Source of the DNA: a virus
Length of the DNA: 64,000 bases
Virus record (IMG/VR): IMGVR_UViG_3300023174_000097
Span: 1 to 64,000 of that record
Reading direction: 5' to 3' (one strand)
The notes under the pieces were generated by a model, which searched no databases, had not been told where the DNA came from, and saw only the letters and a list, made by a program, of their open reading frames with translations. Every line of letters starts with the position of its first letter. Position 1 is the first letter of the stretch. The position numbers and the translations under genes were made by a program. This document shows positions 1-7,887 of this stretch, piece after piece.

Positions 1-326
1 AAATTGAAAATGAATGGTTGGACTCTATTAGACTTCCAAATAACAGAGAAAATAGACAAGTTTTTATAAAAATTAATAATAAAAAATTTAGAGTTGATGG
101 CTATGATCCGGACACAAAAACAATATATGAATTTTTAGGAGATTTTTGGCACGGGAATATTAATATTCTTGAAAAAAATGAGATGAATCCCATTTTAAAA
201 AAAACTTATTTTGATTTATATTGTGATTGGTTGAATAGAAAAAAAATCTTTGAAGAAAATGGATATAATGTTGTTTTTATATGGGAAAATGACTTTAGAA
301 CTAAAAGAAAAGGTTTAAATACATGA
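1..326 (+). CDS. Vsr-like (EDxHD-type) putative homing endonuclease, C-terminal part, 5'-truncated by the window edge
   Basis: Motifs VDGY..T.TIYEFLGDFWHGN and VVFIWENDF; the frame is open upstream to the window start; same domain as 6985..7887. Confidence 0.7.
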   Translation, partial: IENEWLDSIRLPNNRENRQVFIKINNKKFRVDGYDPDTKTIYEFLGDFWHGNINILEKNEMNPILKKTYFDLYCDWLNRKKIFEENGYNVVFIWENDFRTKRKGLNT

Positions 327-664
327 TAAATTTTTTAAAGCAACCATTTACAACAGCTTTGCTTTGTGTTGTTGGATTAACTGGAGGTTTTTTAATTGGT
401 ATTACTGCCACTAATTTAATTACATTAGAAAACAAAGAGTTGCAAAAAACTAAAGGCTGTAAAACTGCATATAGAACAATGTGTGTTCAAGTACATGCTT
501 GTACAGGCTCTTCTGTGGAGCAGTGCGATAAAGTTGTTCAAGATCAAGAATTATGCAAGGTAAATTTGCCTGATGCGCAAGTTATTTATTCATGCGAAGA
601 AGAACTTCGTCATGTTGAGTGTGAAGATCAAATGCCTACAAGTTGTACACTTTTTATGGAGTGA
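323..664 (+). CDS. Membrane-anchored Cys-rich hypothetical protein
   Basis: N-terminal hydrophobic segment, then 8 regularly spaced Cys; ATGA overlap with the upstream gene. Confidence 0.7.
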   Translation: MINFLKQPFTTALLCVVGLTGGFLIGITATNLITLENKELQKTKGCKTAYRTMCVQVHACTGSSVEQCDKVVQDQELCKVNLPDAQVIYSCEEELRHVECEDQMPTSCTLFME

Positions 665-667
665 TAA

Positions 668-1180
668 ATGCGAAATGAAACTCGTCGTGAAAGATACAAG
701 AACAAAGAAAAACTCTCTGTTAAGTTTCCAGTAGAGGTTGCTTGTATTAATTTTAAACACGAACCCAATATTGGATATGTGATTAGAGCGGCAGCATGTT
801 TTGGAGCGGAAAAAGTTAATTTAATTGGTTGCTGTCCGGAATCAAAAGAACTACGAGAACTTTCCGGAACAACAAGTGATTTTATTGAACTTCAAAAGTT
901 TTCTAATCCACATGATTTTTTAACTTATTGTAGGGATAACAATATCCATATTGTTTCAGCAGAGATCGCAGATAACTCAAGGAGTTTATATGATTATGTG
1001 TATCCGAAAGATTGTAAGGTCTGTATTGTTGTTGGGAATGAACAAACCGGTGTTCCAACGGACATTCTCCAGCACAGTGAAGTTGTACAGATTCCAATGC
1101 CGGGATTAGGTTATTGTTTAAATACGGCAGCTACTGCGCATATAATGTTGTACGAATATACTAAGCAGGTTTCTGTCTGA
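668..1180 (+). CDS. SpoU/TrmH-family (SPOUT) RNA 2'-O-methyltransferase
   Basis: SPOUT motifs PNIGYVIRAAACFG, VVGNEQTGV, IPMPGLGYCLN. Confidence 0.9.
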   Translation: MRNETRRERYKNKEKLSVKFPVEVACINFKHEPNIGYVIRAAACFGAEKVNLIGCCPESKELRELSGTTSDFIELQKFSNPHDFLTYCRDNNIHIVSAEIADNSRSLYDYVYPKDCKVCIVVGNEQTGVPTDILQHSEVVQIPMPGLGYCLNTAATAHIMLYEYTKQVSV

Positions 1181-1207
1181 AAAAGTGGTTTTTGTTTGAA
1201 TAAAATG

Positions 1208-1238
1208 TATTCTCCTACTATTTAAGTATTGGAGGATA
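1208..1238 (+). promoter_or_regulatory. RBS-sequestering hairpin containing the putative late-promoter motif
   Basis: TATTCTCC (1208-1215) pairs with GGAGGATA (1231-1238); inner TACT/AGTA; CTATTTAA at 1218-1225. Confidence 0.65.
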
Positions 1239-1242
1239 AAAC

Positions 1243-1851
1243 ATGTTAGAAAATACAAGGAAATGTAGAGTATGTGAGAAAGTTTTTCTTCTTTCTTCTG
1301 ATTTTTTTCCGAAAAGAGGAGAGAAATGCTATCGTAGAGAATGTATAGAATGTCATAAAAAATTTCATTTGGAATATAGAACTAAAAATAGAGAAAAAAT
1401 AAATAAAAAATTTAAAGAATATCGTGATAGTAATAAACAGCTCATTTCCGAAAGAAATAAGAAAGCATATTTAAAAAAAACAGAAGAAAGAAAATTATAT
1501 TCTAAAACTTATTATCACGACAATAAAGAAAAAATTAATAAACATAGAAGAAATGATTTAGAAAAAAATTATTCTAAATATAAAAGTTCTGCAAAAAGAA
1601 GAAAAATAAATTTTGAACTAACACAGGAAGAATTTTCATGTTTGTGGAATAAAGATTGTAGTTATTGTGGTTCAAAAATTGAAAGTATTGGAATTGACAG
1701 AGTTGATAATAAATTAGGTTATACGAAAGAAAACTCAGTAAGTTGTTGTACAGTATGCAATAAAATGAAACTAAATTTGTCATTAAATGAATGGTACGAG
1801 CATATGAATAAGATTTTATCTTTACACACAAAACAGATGGCAGGGGCTTGA
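1243..1851 (+). CDS. HNH-like putative homing endonuclease
   Basis: N-terminal CxxC pairs, Lys/Arg-rich linker, C-terminal CSYCG..GIDRVDN..GY...N..SCCTVCN. Confidence 0.75.
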   Translation: MLENTRKCRVCEKVFLLSSDFFPKRGEKCYRRECIECHKKFHLEYRTKNREKINKKFKEYRDSNKQLISERNKKAYLKKTEERKLYSKTYYHDNKEKINKHRRNDLEKNYSKYKSSAKRRKINFELTQEEFSCLWNKDCSYCGSKIESIGIDRVDNKLGYTKENSVSCCTVCNKMKLNLSLNEWYEHMNKILSLHTKQMAGA

Positions 1852-1876
1852 CAAGCACAGAGATCAGTGCTATACT
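1848..1876 (+). promoter_or_regulatory. Sigma70-type promoter for the tRNA genes
   Basis: TTGACA (1848-1853), 17-bp spacer, TGc-TATACT (1871-1876), 12 nt before tRNA-Leu. Confidence 0.85.
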
Positions 1877-1888
1877 GATCTCGTTCCT

Positions 1889-1975
1889 GCCCCGATGGTG
1901 GAATTGGTCGACACAGCAGACTTAAAATCTGCCGATCGCAAGGTCATGCCGGTTCGAGTCCGGCTCGGGGCACCA
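1889..1975 (+). tRNA. tRNA-Leu (TAA)
   Basis: Acceptor GCCCCGA/TCGGGGC, anticodon arm GCAGA-CT-TAA-AA-TCTGC, long variable arm, GGTTCGAGTCC, encoded CCA. Confidence 0.97.
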
Positions 1976-1980
1976 ACTTT

Positions 1981-2054
1981 TGGGGAATCGTCTAATGGCA
2001 GGACCGTGGATTTTGATTCCACTTATCGGGGTTCGAGTCCCTGTTCCCCAACCA
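1981..2054 (+). tRNA. tRNA-Gln (TTG)
   Basis: Acceptor TGGGGAA/TTCCCCA, anticodon arm GTGGA-TT-TTG-AT-TCCAC, GGTTCGAGTCC, encoded CCA. Confidence 0.95.
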
Positions 2055-2070
2055 CTTATAACAAGAGTAT

Positions 2071-2104
2071 TACTCTGGTGAATACTATTTATTTTTAGAG
2101 GTAT
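2071..2104 (+). promoter_or_regulatory. RBS-sequestering hairpin containing the putative late-promoter motif
   Basis: CTCTGG pairs with TTAGAG and GAATA with TATTT around loop CTATT; CTATTTAT at 2085-2092; the 3' arm covers RBS AGAGG. Confidence 0.5.
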
Positions 2105-2109
2105 TAAAT

Positions 2110-2490
2110 ATGAATAGTAAACACAAAGGTGATATTGCGTTGTCAAAAGCCATATCTTATTTTATGGAAAATGAATATGAAGTTCTTTTACCAATTGGAG
2201 ACAAAAGACCATATGATATGGTAATAGAAAAAGATGGTATTTTGCAAAAAGTCCAATGCAAATATACTTCACATAAACCAAAATATGGTATTTATGTAGT
2301 TCCACTAAGAGTCATGGGCGGCAATAGAAGTAGTGGAAATACTGCTAAAAAATATAATAAAGAAGATTTTGATATATTATTTGTATACACCTCTGAAGGA
2401 GACATGTATTCCATACCATTTAAAGAGTTAAATGTAACCACTGCATTTTCTTTAGGAGAAAATGCAAAAATTTATAAATTAAACTCTTAG
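2110..2490 (+). CDS. PD-(D/E)XK endonuclease of the group I intron-associated type (I-Ssp6803I-like), free-standing
   Basis: KGDIA...VLLPIGD..PYDMVIE....KVQCK and C-terminal Y....FD pattern; 126 aa; located in a tRNA cluster. Confidence 0.85.
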   Translation: MNSKHKGDIALSKAISYFMENEYEVLLPIGDKRPYDMVIEKDGILQKVQCKYTSHKPKYGIYVVPLRVMGGNRSSGNTAKKYNKEDFDILFVYTSEGDMYSIPFKELNVTTAFSLGENAKIYKLNS

Positions 2491-2517
2491 GGAGTTCGAA
2501 TCTCTCACTTCCCACCA
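2490..2517 (+). pseudogene. Orphan tRNA 3' fragment (T-arm, acceptor 3' strand, CCA)
   Basis: GGGAG-TTCGAAT-CTCTC T-arm followed by ACTTCCC-A-CCA; no matching 5' half nearby. Confidence 0.8.
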
Positions 2518-2520
2518 AGT

Positions 2521-2724
2521 ATGTTACAACTGAATCCAATGATTCCGGTATATTCTCTCCGTCACAAGATGGAGGGATATGCTTTTCTGATAATTGATTA
2601 TTCACAAGAGCACGATTTATTATTTACTGTTGCTCTTGATAATGGTGAAATTTGGACATTATCTAATAAAGAAATTAGATTTTGTAAAAATATAAGTATG
2701 GATAGAAAAAATATTAATATTTAA
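2521..2724 (+). CDS. Hypothetical phage protein
   Basis: 67-aa ORF followed by a terminator. Confidence 0.7.
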   Translation: MLQLNPMIPVYSLRHKMEGYAFLIIDYSQEHDLLFTVALDNGEIWTLSNKEIRFCKNISMDRKNINI

Positions 2725-2745
2725 AGCACCTCTTGGTGCTTTTTT
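2723..2745 (+). terminator. Intrinsic terminator
   Basis: AAAGCACC-TCTT-GGTGCTTT followed by a T-run. Confidence 0.75.
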
Positions 2746-2773
2746 ATTCTCAAATTTAAATACTATATATTAT

Positions 2774-2944
2774 ATGAGATTTAATATAATATTTGAATTT
2801 GATCTTGAAGAAATGAATTCGGAAGAAATAGAAAATAGACTTTTTCTTATTGAAGACTGGTCTGAAGCACAAAAAGAATCTTTTTTAGAAATACCTGGTG
2901 GATTTAAAAATATTTTAATAAAACGAAAATTAATAGAAGACTAA
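2774..2944 (+). CDS. Small hypothetical protein, 56 aa, not in the ORF track
   Basis: MRFNIIFEFDLEEMNSEEIENRLF...; preceded by CTATATAT; converges on the protease gene. Confidence 0.45.
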   Translation: MRFNIIFEFDLEEMNSEEIENRLFLIEDWSEAQKESFLEIPGGFKNILIKRKLIED

Positions 2945-3702
2945 TTTGATTTTTCAATAATTTTATTTGCGTGTTCTATTACAGATTCTTGATTCTCGCC
3001 TTGTATATGTTTTAAATCAACAATAAATTGATCTGAGAAAATATAACTATAAAATAGTTTTGTTCTTTCATATCCCACAGACATCATGATGTGCTGAAAA
3101 TCTGGCATACCTCTTGAAACAATGCCAATCAATTCCCAGTTTTCATTAAATATTGGAGAACCAGAACTTCCGCCCATACCAACGATACTGTATATATTCA
3201 TATCGTATTTTTCTTCTGGTATAGACATTCTTCCTTGATAGTATCCATCAAACATTAAAGACATATTTGGACCATGTAAGCTTCTTGGAGCTGAAATATT
3301 ATAAACATGATCTGCTATTTCTGGCTCCGAATCGGCTATTTTTATATCTCTTCCATTTATGTTTCCATCTGCAATTAATACACATAAATCATCTTCATTT
3401 GAGCGTATAGAAGATAAAATATTATATTTATTCTCATAAAGATCTAAAACTCTCATTGCAATTATGTTAGGATCACAAATATGACCAGCTGTGAGAATAA
3501 AAGTTTTAGAATTATCAGAGTGGTGAATAATTACTCCAGAACCCGTGCTAGCATATTCAGACGTGACACTTTCTATTTTAACAAATGAGTCTCGTGGAGC
3601 ATTTTTGAAATCATTTAAACTAGATAATGTTACACAACCGCAGCTAGTGCCGAATACCACTAGAAAAATTATGCCAATTAGTTGTTTAAATAATTGCGGC
3701 AT
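2941..3702 (-). CDS. Trypsin-like serine protease with N-terminal signal or lipobox
   Basis: LTAGH, DDL and GGSSGSPIFN...LIGIVS triad motifs; likely start MPQLFKQ at 3702 followed by a hydrophobic stretch and Cys. Confidence 0.85.
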   Translation of the reverse strand: MPQLFKQLIGIIFLVVFGTSCGCVTLSSLNDFKNAPRDSFVKIESVTSEYASTGSGVIIHHSDNSKTFILTAGHICDPNIIAMRVLDLYENKYNILSSIRSNEDDLCVLIADGNINGRDIKIADSEPEIADHVYNISAPRSLHGPNMSLMFDGYYQGRMSIPEEKYDMNIYSIVGMGGSSGSPIFNENWELIGIVSRGMPDFQHIMMSVGYERTKLFYSYIFSDQFIVDLKHIQGENQESVIEHANKIIEKSN

Positions 3703-3764
3703 ATATGTAACTATAGTGCCGCAGTGTGAAATGCATATTAATATAAAGAAAAGTTGGTAATAAA

Positions 3765-5081
3765 ATGAAAAAAATATATGTGTTAGATACAAGTGTCTGT
3801 CTTGCAAATGCCAATGCTGTTTACAGTTTTGGAAAAGAAGATGTCTGCATACCTCTTAAAGTTTTAGAAGAAGTAGATAAACACAAGAACCGCCAAGACG
3901 GTGTAGGACAAAATGCTCGTAGTTTCATCAAGATCCTTGACGAATTGCGAGAAAAAGGTTCCCTACACGATGGCGTAAGACTTCAAAAAGGCAAAGGTTT
4001 ATTGAAGTCGGTTGCACTAGCACCATCACCTTTCCCAACTGATTTAGATTTAAGTGTTCCGGACCATGTTATAATCGCTACCGCCTTTGGTATTGCAAAG
4101 GCTAATGAAGATAAAAAAGTAGTAGTTGTTTCACGCGATATTAATATGCGTGTTATTTGCGATTCCATCGGTCTCGGTTCCGAAGGATATGACGCAAATC
4201 AAGTAATCTCCAGTAGTTCAGAGCTTTATTCTGGTTTTGCTGATATTGTTGTTGATGATGAATTCATTGAACGCTTATACAAAGGCGAGTTGATGCATCT
4301 TGACGACAAACAAACAGAAAAATTATTTCCACATCAGTTCCTCACCCTTATATCAAACAAGAACGCAAACAAGACAGCATTAGCAAGATTTATAAATAAA
4401 GAATCTTCTCTTCGCAGAATTCCGGAATTCAAAGGACGCAACCAAGTCTTTGGTGTTGAATCAAGAAACCGCGAACAAAGTTTTGCTATGGATTTATTAA
4501 TGGACCCAGCCGTTCCAGTTGTAACTCTTGTAGGCAAAGCAGGCTCTGGTAAGACACTCACTGCAATCGCAGCAGGAATGGAACAAATGCTTAAAAAAGG
4601 TGTATATACACGCCTTATAGTTTCAAGACCAGTTCAACCAATGGGAAGAGATATTGGATTCTTACCAGGAACTATGGAAGAAAAAATGTTGCCTTGGTTA
4701 AGTCCAATTCAAGATAATCTTCAGTTCCTATTAGGCAACGACAAAGAACTTCTTCAAGAATATATGGCTCGTGGTCAAATTGAAATTGAAGCCTTAACAT
4801 ATATTCGTGGTCGCAGTATCGCTAAGGCGTTCATGGTTATAGACGAAGCACAAAACCTCTCAGCGCACGAACTCAAAACGATCGTCACTCGCGTAGGCGA
4901 AGACACCAAAATCGTTTTAACGGGCGATATAGAGCAGATTGACAACGTTTATGTGAACGATACGAGTAATGGTCTAGCTTATGCTGTAGAGAAGTTTAAA
5001 GACACTCATTTAGCTGGTCACGTAACACTTACTAAGGGCGAGCGGAGTGCTGTTGCCTCACTAGCGGCCCGTATTTTGTAA
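3765..5081 (+). CDS. phoH: PhoH-family ATPase with N-terminal PIN domain
   Basis: YVLDTSV PIN start; GKAGSGKT, IGFLPG, YIRGRS, IDEAQN, TGDIEQID. Confidence 0.95.
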   Translation: MKKIYVLDTSVCLANANAVYSFGKEDVCIPLKVLEEVDKHKNRQDGVGQNARSFIKILDELREKGSLHDGVRLQKGKGLLKSVALAPSPFPTDLDLSVPDHVIIATAFGIAKANEDKKVVVVSRDINMRVICDSIGLGSEGYDANQVISSSSELYSGFADIVVDDEFIERLYKGELMHLDDKQTEKLFPHQFLTLISNKNANKTALARFINKESSLRRIPEFKGRNQVFGVESRNREQSFAMDLLMDPAVPVVTLVGKAGSGKTLTAIAAGMEQMLKKGVYTRLIVSRPVQPMGRDIGFLPGTMEEKMLPWLSPIQDNLQFLLGNDKELLQEYMARGQIEIEALTYIRGRSIAKAFMVIDEAQNLSAHELKTIVTRVGEDTKIVLTGDIEQIDNVYVNDTSNGLAYAVEKFKDTHLAGHVTLTKGERSAVASLAARIL

Positions 5082-5204
5082 GGGTAGAAAATATTTTATT
5101 TCGAAAAAATAGTTTTTGAGCTTTATAAAAAAGGTTTAATAAAATTTGAAAATGGCGAATACAAATTAGATTTTGATTATTCGCAATTAATTTGAGGAGA
5201 TAAT

Positions 5205-5453
5205 ATGGAAGACAGAGAATTAGAAGATAAAGTTGTAGAAACTGACACAGATTTAAAAGTTTTATTTATTCAATATATTGGTGAAAAATTAAAACCAGAA
5301 AATGGAGAAGTGACAGTTGAGATGTGTGTAGAAGTTCTAGCAAAAGAATTTCCTGATTTTTTATTGCTTGTTGCTCAAGAGAATTTTTTAAGAGGATACA
5401 AACAGTGTTTAATTGACATGGAGAACAATGTTGATGAACAAAAATTACAATAG
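5205..5453 (+). CDS. Hypothetical protein
   Basis: GAGGAG RBS; 82-aa ORF. Confidence 0.75.
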   Translation: MEDRELEDKVVETDTDLKVLFIQYIGEKLKPENGEVTVEMCVEVLAKEFPDFLLLVAQENFLRGYKQCLIDMENNVDEQKLQ

Positions 5454-6117
5454 ATATTTTAAAGCTTCAACACAAATTAAGCTTAATGAACAAACTATTT
5501 TTGGAACAGTGAATATTGTTCAACAGGGTGAATTTCCTGAAAACATAAATTTTAATAACATATTAAAAAAGTTAGAAATTATTGTTCCAGAACATTTTAT
5601 TCAAAATCTTGATGGAATTTATGTCGGAGATTATGATTTTCTTTTAAAAAGAGATTTAAATGCTCTTTATAAAGATGGTGTGATTTATGTCATGCCAGAA
5701 CAAGATGATGAACAAGATGTTTATGAAGATATTGTGCATGAGATAGCGCATTGTGTTGAAGAAACTTATGGTATGGATATCTATGAAGACGGCAAGATAG
5801 AGGAAGAATTTTTACGCAAAAGACGTGCTTTGCTTGACATTCTGAAGGCATACGGCTACAATGAGGTGTCCGATGCGGCATACGGAAATACAGAATATAA
5901 TAAGAAGTTTGATGAGTTTTTATATTTAATGGTTGGATATCCAACCTTAACTCAACTGACTCCTAATTTATTTGTATCTCCTTATGGTGCAACCTCGTTG
6001 AGAGAATATTTTGCTAATTGCTTTGAGGAATATTTTGCGCGTCGTCAATACGACCATGTAAAGAAAATATCTCCTGCTGTATTTGAAAAAATAGAACTCT
6101 TGTTGGGGATTAACTAG
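5428..6117 (+). CDS. Putative zincin metallopeptidase
   Basis: HEIAH (HExxH) with distal YGATSLREYFA third-ligand motif. Confidence 0.7.
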   Translation: MLMNKNYNRYFKASTQIKLNEQTIFGTVNIVQQGEFPENINFNNILKKLEIIVPEHFIQNLDGIYVGDYDFLLKRDLNALYKDGVIYVMPEQDDEQDVYEDIVHEIAHCVEETYGMDIYEDGKIEEEFLRKRRALLDILKAYGYNEVSDAAYGNTEYNKKFDEFLYLMVGYPTLTQLTPNLFVSPYGATSLREYFANCFEEYFARRQYDHVKKISPAVFEKIELLLGIN

Positions 6118-6126
6118 AGGTGTTCT

Positions 6127-6936
6127 TTGCTTGAAACAGAAAATAAAAAGCCTGATTACGTTAGCTATTCATCAATTAAAGACTGGAAGTTTTGCCCTCA
6201 TTATTACAAAATTACTCGTATTGATAAAGTTCCTGCCGGAAGAGAATCAATCCATACTGCTTTCGGAAAAGCACTTCATTCCACAAGCGAACGAATCTTT
6301 AAGCAAGAAAAAGAAGGATCTTTTGATTATGCAAAAGACTTCTCAACAAACTTCTCAAAAGAAATCTCCTCTTTACCAAGAGAGATCCGTGAAGGTTTAT
6401 CGGAAAAAGACCTTGCAGATTTTGAACAGCAAGGGCGAGAACTGGCAGAATTAACCTATCCAGCAGCACAGCAATATTTCGGTGAGTTTGAATTCTTTTC
6501 AGCAGAAGAAGATCTGCTTGAAGAAATTGAAGAATACAAAATTGATGATTACAAATATAAGGGATATATTGACCTCGTCTTAAAGACAAAAGACGGTAAA
6601 TATAATATTATTGACTGGAAAACTTGTAGTTGGGGTTGGGAACCACAGAAGAAGAATGATGCAATGGTCACATACCAGCTGACCTATTATAAGCATTTCT
6701 TTGCAAAGAAACACGGTATCCCATTAGATAAAATTGAAACTCACTTTGGTCTACTAAAGCGAACTGCAAAGAAAGATAAGGTAGAACTATTCCGCGTGAG
6801 TAGTGGTGAAAAAAAAGTAAGTAATGCTCTTAAACTTTTACAAGAATGTGTGCATAATGTTGACCACGAAAGATTTATTAAAAACAAACTTTCGTGTTCT
6901 ACATGTTCTTTTCACAGAACACAACACTGTCCTTGA
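6127..6936 (+). CDS. PD-(D/E)XK exonuclease, Cas4/AddB-like
   Basis: SYS..K.WKFCP, GYIDLV, IIDWKT, QL..Y and C-terminal C..C......C; TTG start with AGAGG RBS. Confidence 0.85.
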   Translation: MLETENKKPDYVSYSSIKDWKFCPHYYKITRIDKVPAGRESIHTAFGKALHSTSERIFKQEKEGSFDYAKDFSTNFSKEISSLPREIREGLSEKDLADFEQQGRELAELTYPAAQQYFGEFEFFSAEEDLLEEIEEYKIDDYKYKGYIDLVLKTKDGKYNIIDWKTCSWGWEPQKKNDAMVTYQLTYYKHFFAKKHGIPLDKIETHFGLLKRTAKKDKVELFRVSSGEKKVSNALKLLQECVHNVDHERFIKNKLSCSTCSFHRTQHCP

Positions 6937-6945
6937 GTTTGAGTA

Positions 6946-6971
6946 CCCACACTACTATTTATAAGTGTGGG
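6946..6971 (+). promoter_or_regulatory. Hairpin with the putative late-promoter motif as its loop, overlapping the RBS
   Basis: Perfect 8-bp stem CCCACACT/AGTGTGGG, loop ACTATTTATA; the 3' arm overlaps GGGAG. Confidence 0.75.
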
Positions 6972-6984
6972 AGAACAAACTAAA

Positions 6985-7887
6985 ATGACTACAAGAAATT
7001 GTTTAATTTGTAATATTGAATTTCTATTGTTAGAAAGGCAAGTAACTAAAAAAACTTGCTCTGATGAATGTAGAAAAAAACACAATAATTTAAGAAGAAA
7101 AAAATCTACTCAAGAACATCTAGAAACTTTTAATTGTATTCATTGTGATAAAGAAGTCACAAGATATAGAAAGAGAAGTGGTTTCTGTTCTCGCTCTTGC
7201 GCTTCAAAAAAATACATTCAAGATGGAACATATGATAAATGGAGATTAAGAGTCCAAGAAAAAATTGGTATTTATAAAAAATGTTTAAAATGTCATAGCG
7301 AATTTTATTGCGAACCGGCAGATTTAGAAAACAAAAAACTTTGTGGCTCAAAAGAATGTCGTAAATCATATATGTCTGAATATATGATTGTTAACAGTCC
7401 TCTGCGTGGCAAAAAAGAAAAAGAAGGCGTTAGAGAAAAAGTTAAAAATACTTTATTAGAAAAATATGGTGTTAAAAATGCTTTTGCTCTTGCTAAACAT
7501 ACATCTCTTTCAAAACCTCAAAAAGAACTGATAGATTATTTAAAAAATAATACAAATTATACAATATTTTATGATTTTCCAATTTATAATAAAGAAGACA
7601 AATTATATAAAGTTGATATCTTCATAAAAGAGACAAACCAGATAATAGAATTCAATGGCACTTATTGGCACGCTGATCCAAGATTTTATAAAGAAGATTA
7701 TCTTGTAAAAAAGAAGCAAAAAACATCAAAACAAATATGGGAAGAAGATCAGAAAAGACTTAACGACCTTGTTGAATTGGGGTATAAAGTAAAAATAGTT
7801 TGGGAATATGATTATAGGTTAAACAAACAATATATTCTCACGGAGTTAATTAATGAACAAAAAGATAAAGATACTCACGATCAGTGA
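6985..7887 (+). CDS. Zinc-finger plus Vsr-like (EDxHD-type) putative homing endonuclease
   Basis: Three CxxC...C(S/G)x2-3C modules, KYGVKN segment, VDIF...IIEFNGTYWHADP...VWEYD; ATG 6985 preferred over GTG 6967 by RBS spacing. Confidence 0.8.
   Translation: MTTRNCLICNIEFLLLERQVTKKTCSDECRKKHNNLRRKKSTQEHLETFNCIHCDKEVTRYRKRSGFCSRSCASKKYIQDGTYDKWRLRVQEKIGIYKKCLKCHSEFYCEPADLENKKLCGSKECRKSYMSEYMIVNSPLRGKKEKEGVREKVKNTLLEKYGVKNAFALAKHTSLSKPQKELIDYLKNNTNYTIFYDFPIYNKEDKLYKVDIFIKETNQIIEFNGTYWHADPRFYKEDYLVKKKQKTSKQIWEEDQKRLNDLVELGYKVKIVWEYDYRLNKQYILTELINEQKDKDTHDQ

Noticed and set aside
1895-2146. ORFs 1895..2098 (+) and 1922..2146 (-)
   Set aside because: They overlap two well-formed tRNA genes
5085-5195. 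Open stretch KIFYFEKIVFELYKKGLIKFENGEYKLDFDYSQLI after phoH
   Set aside because: Protein-like, but an in-frame TAG precedes it and there is no standard start codon; at most a remnant
6127-6936. Cas4-like nuclease as evidence of a CRISPR-Cas system
   Set aside because: No repeat-spacer array or other cas genes were seen; stand-alone Cas4-like exonucleases are common in phages
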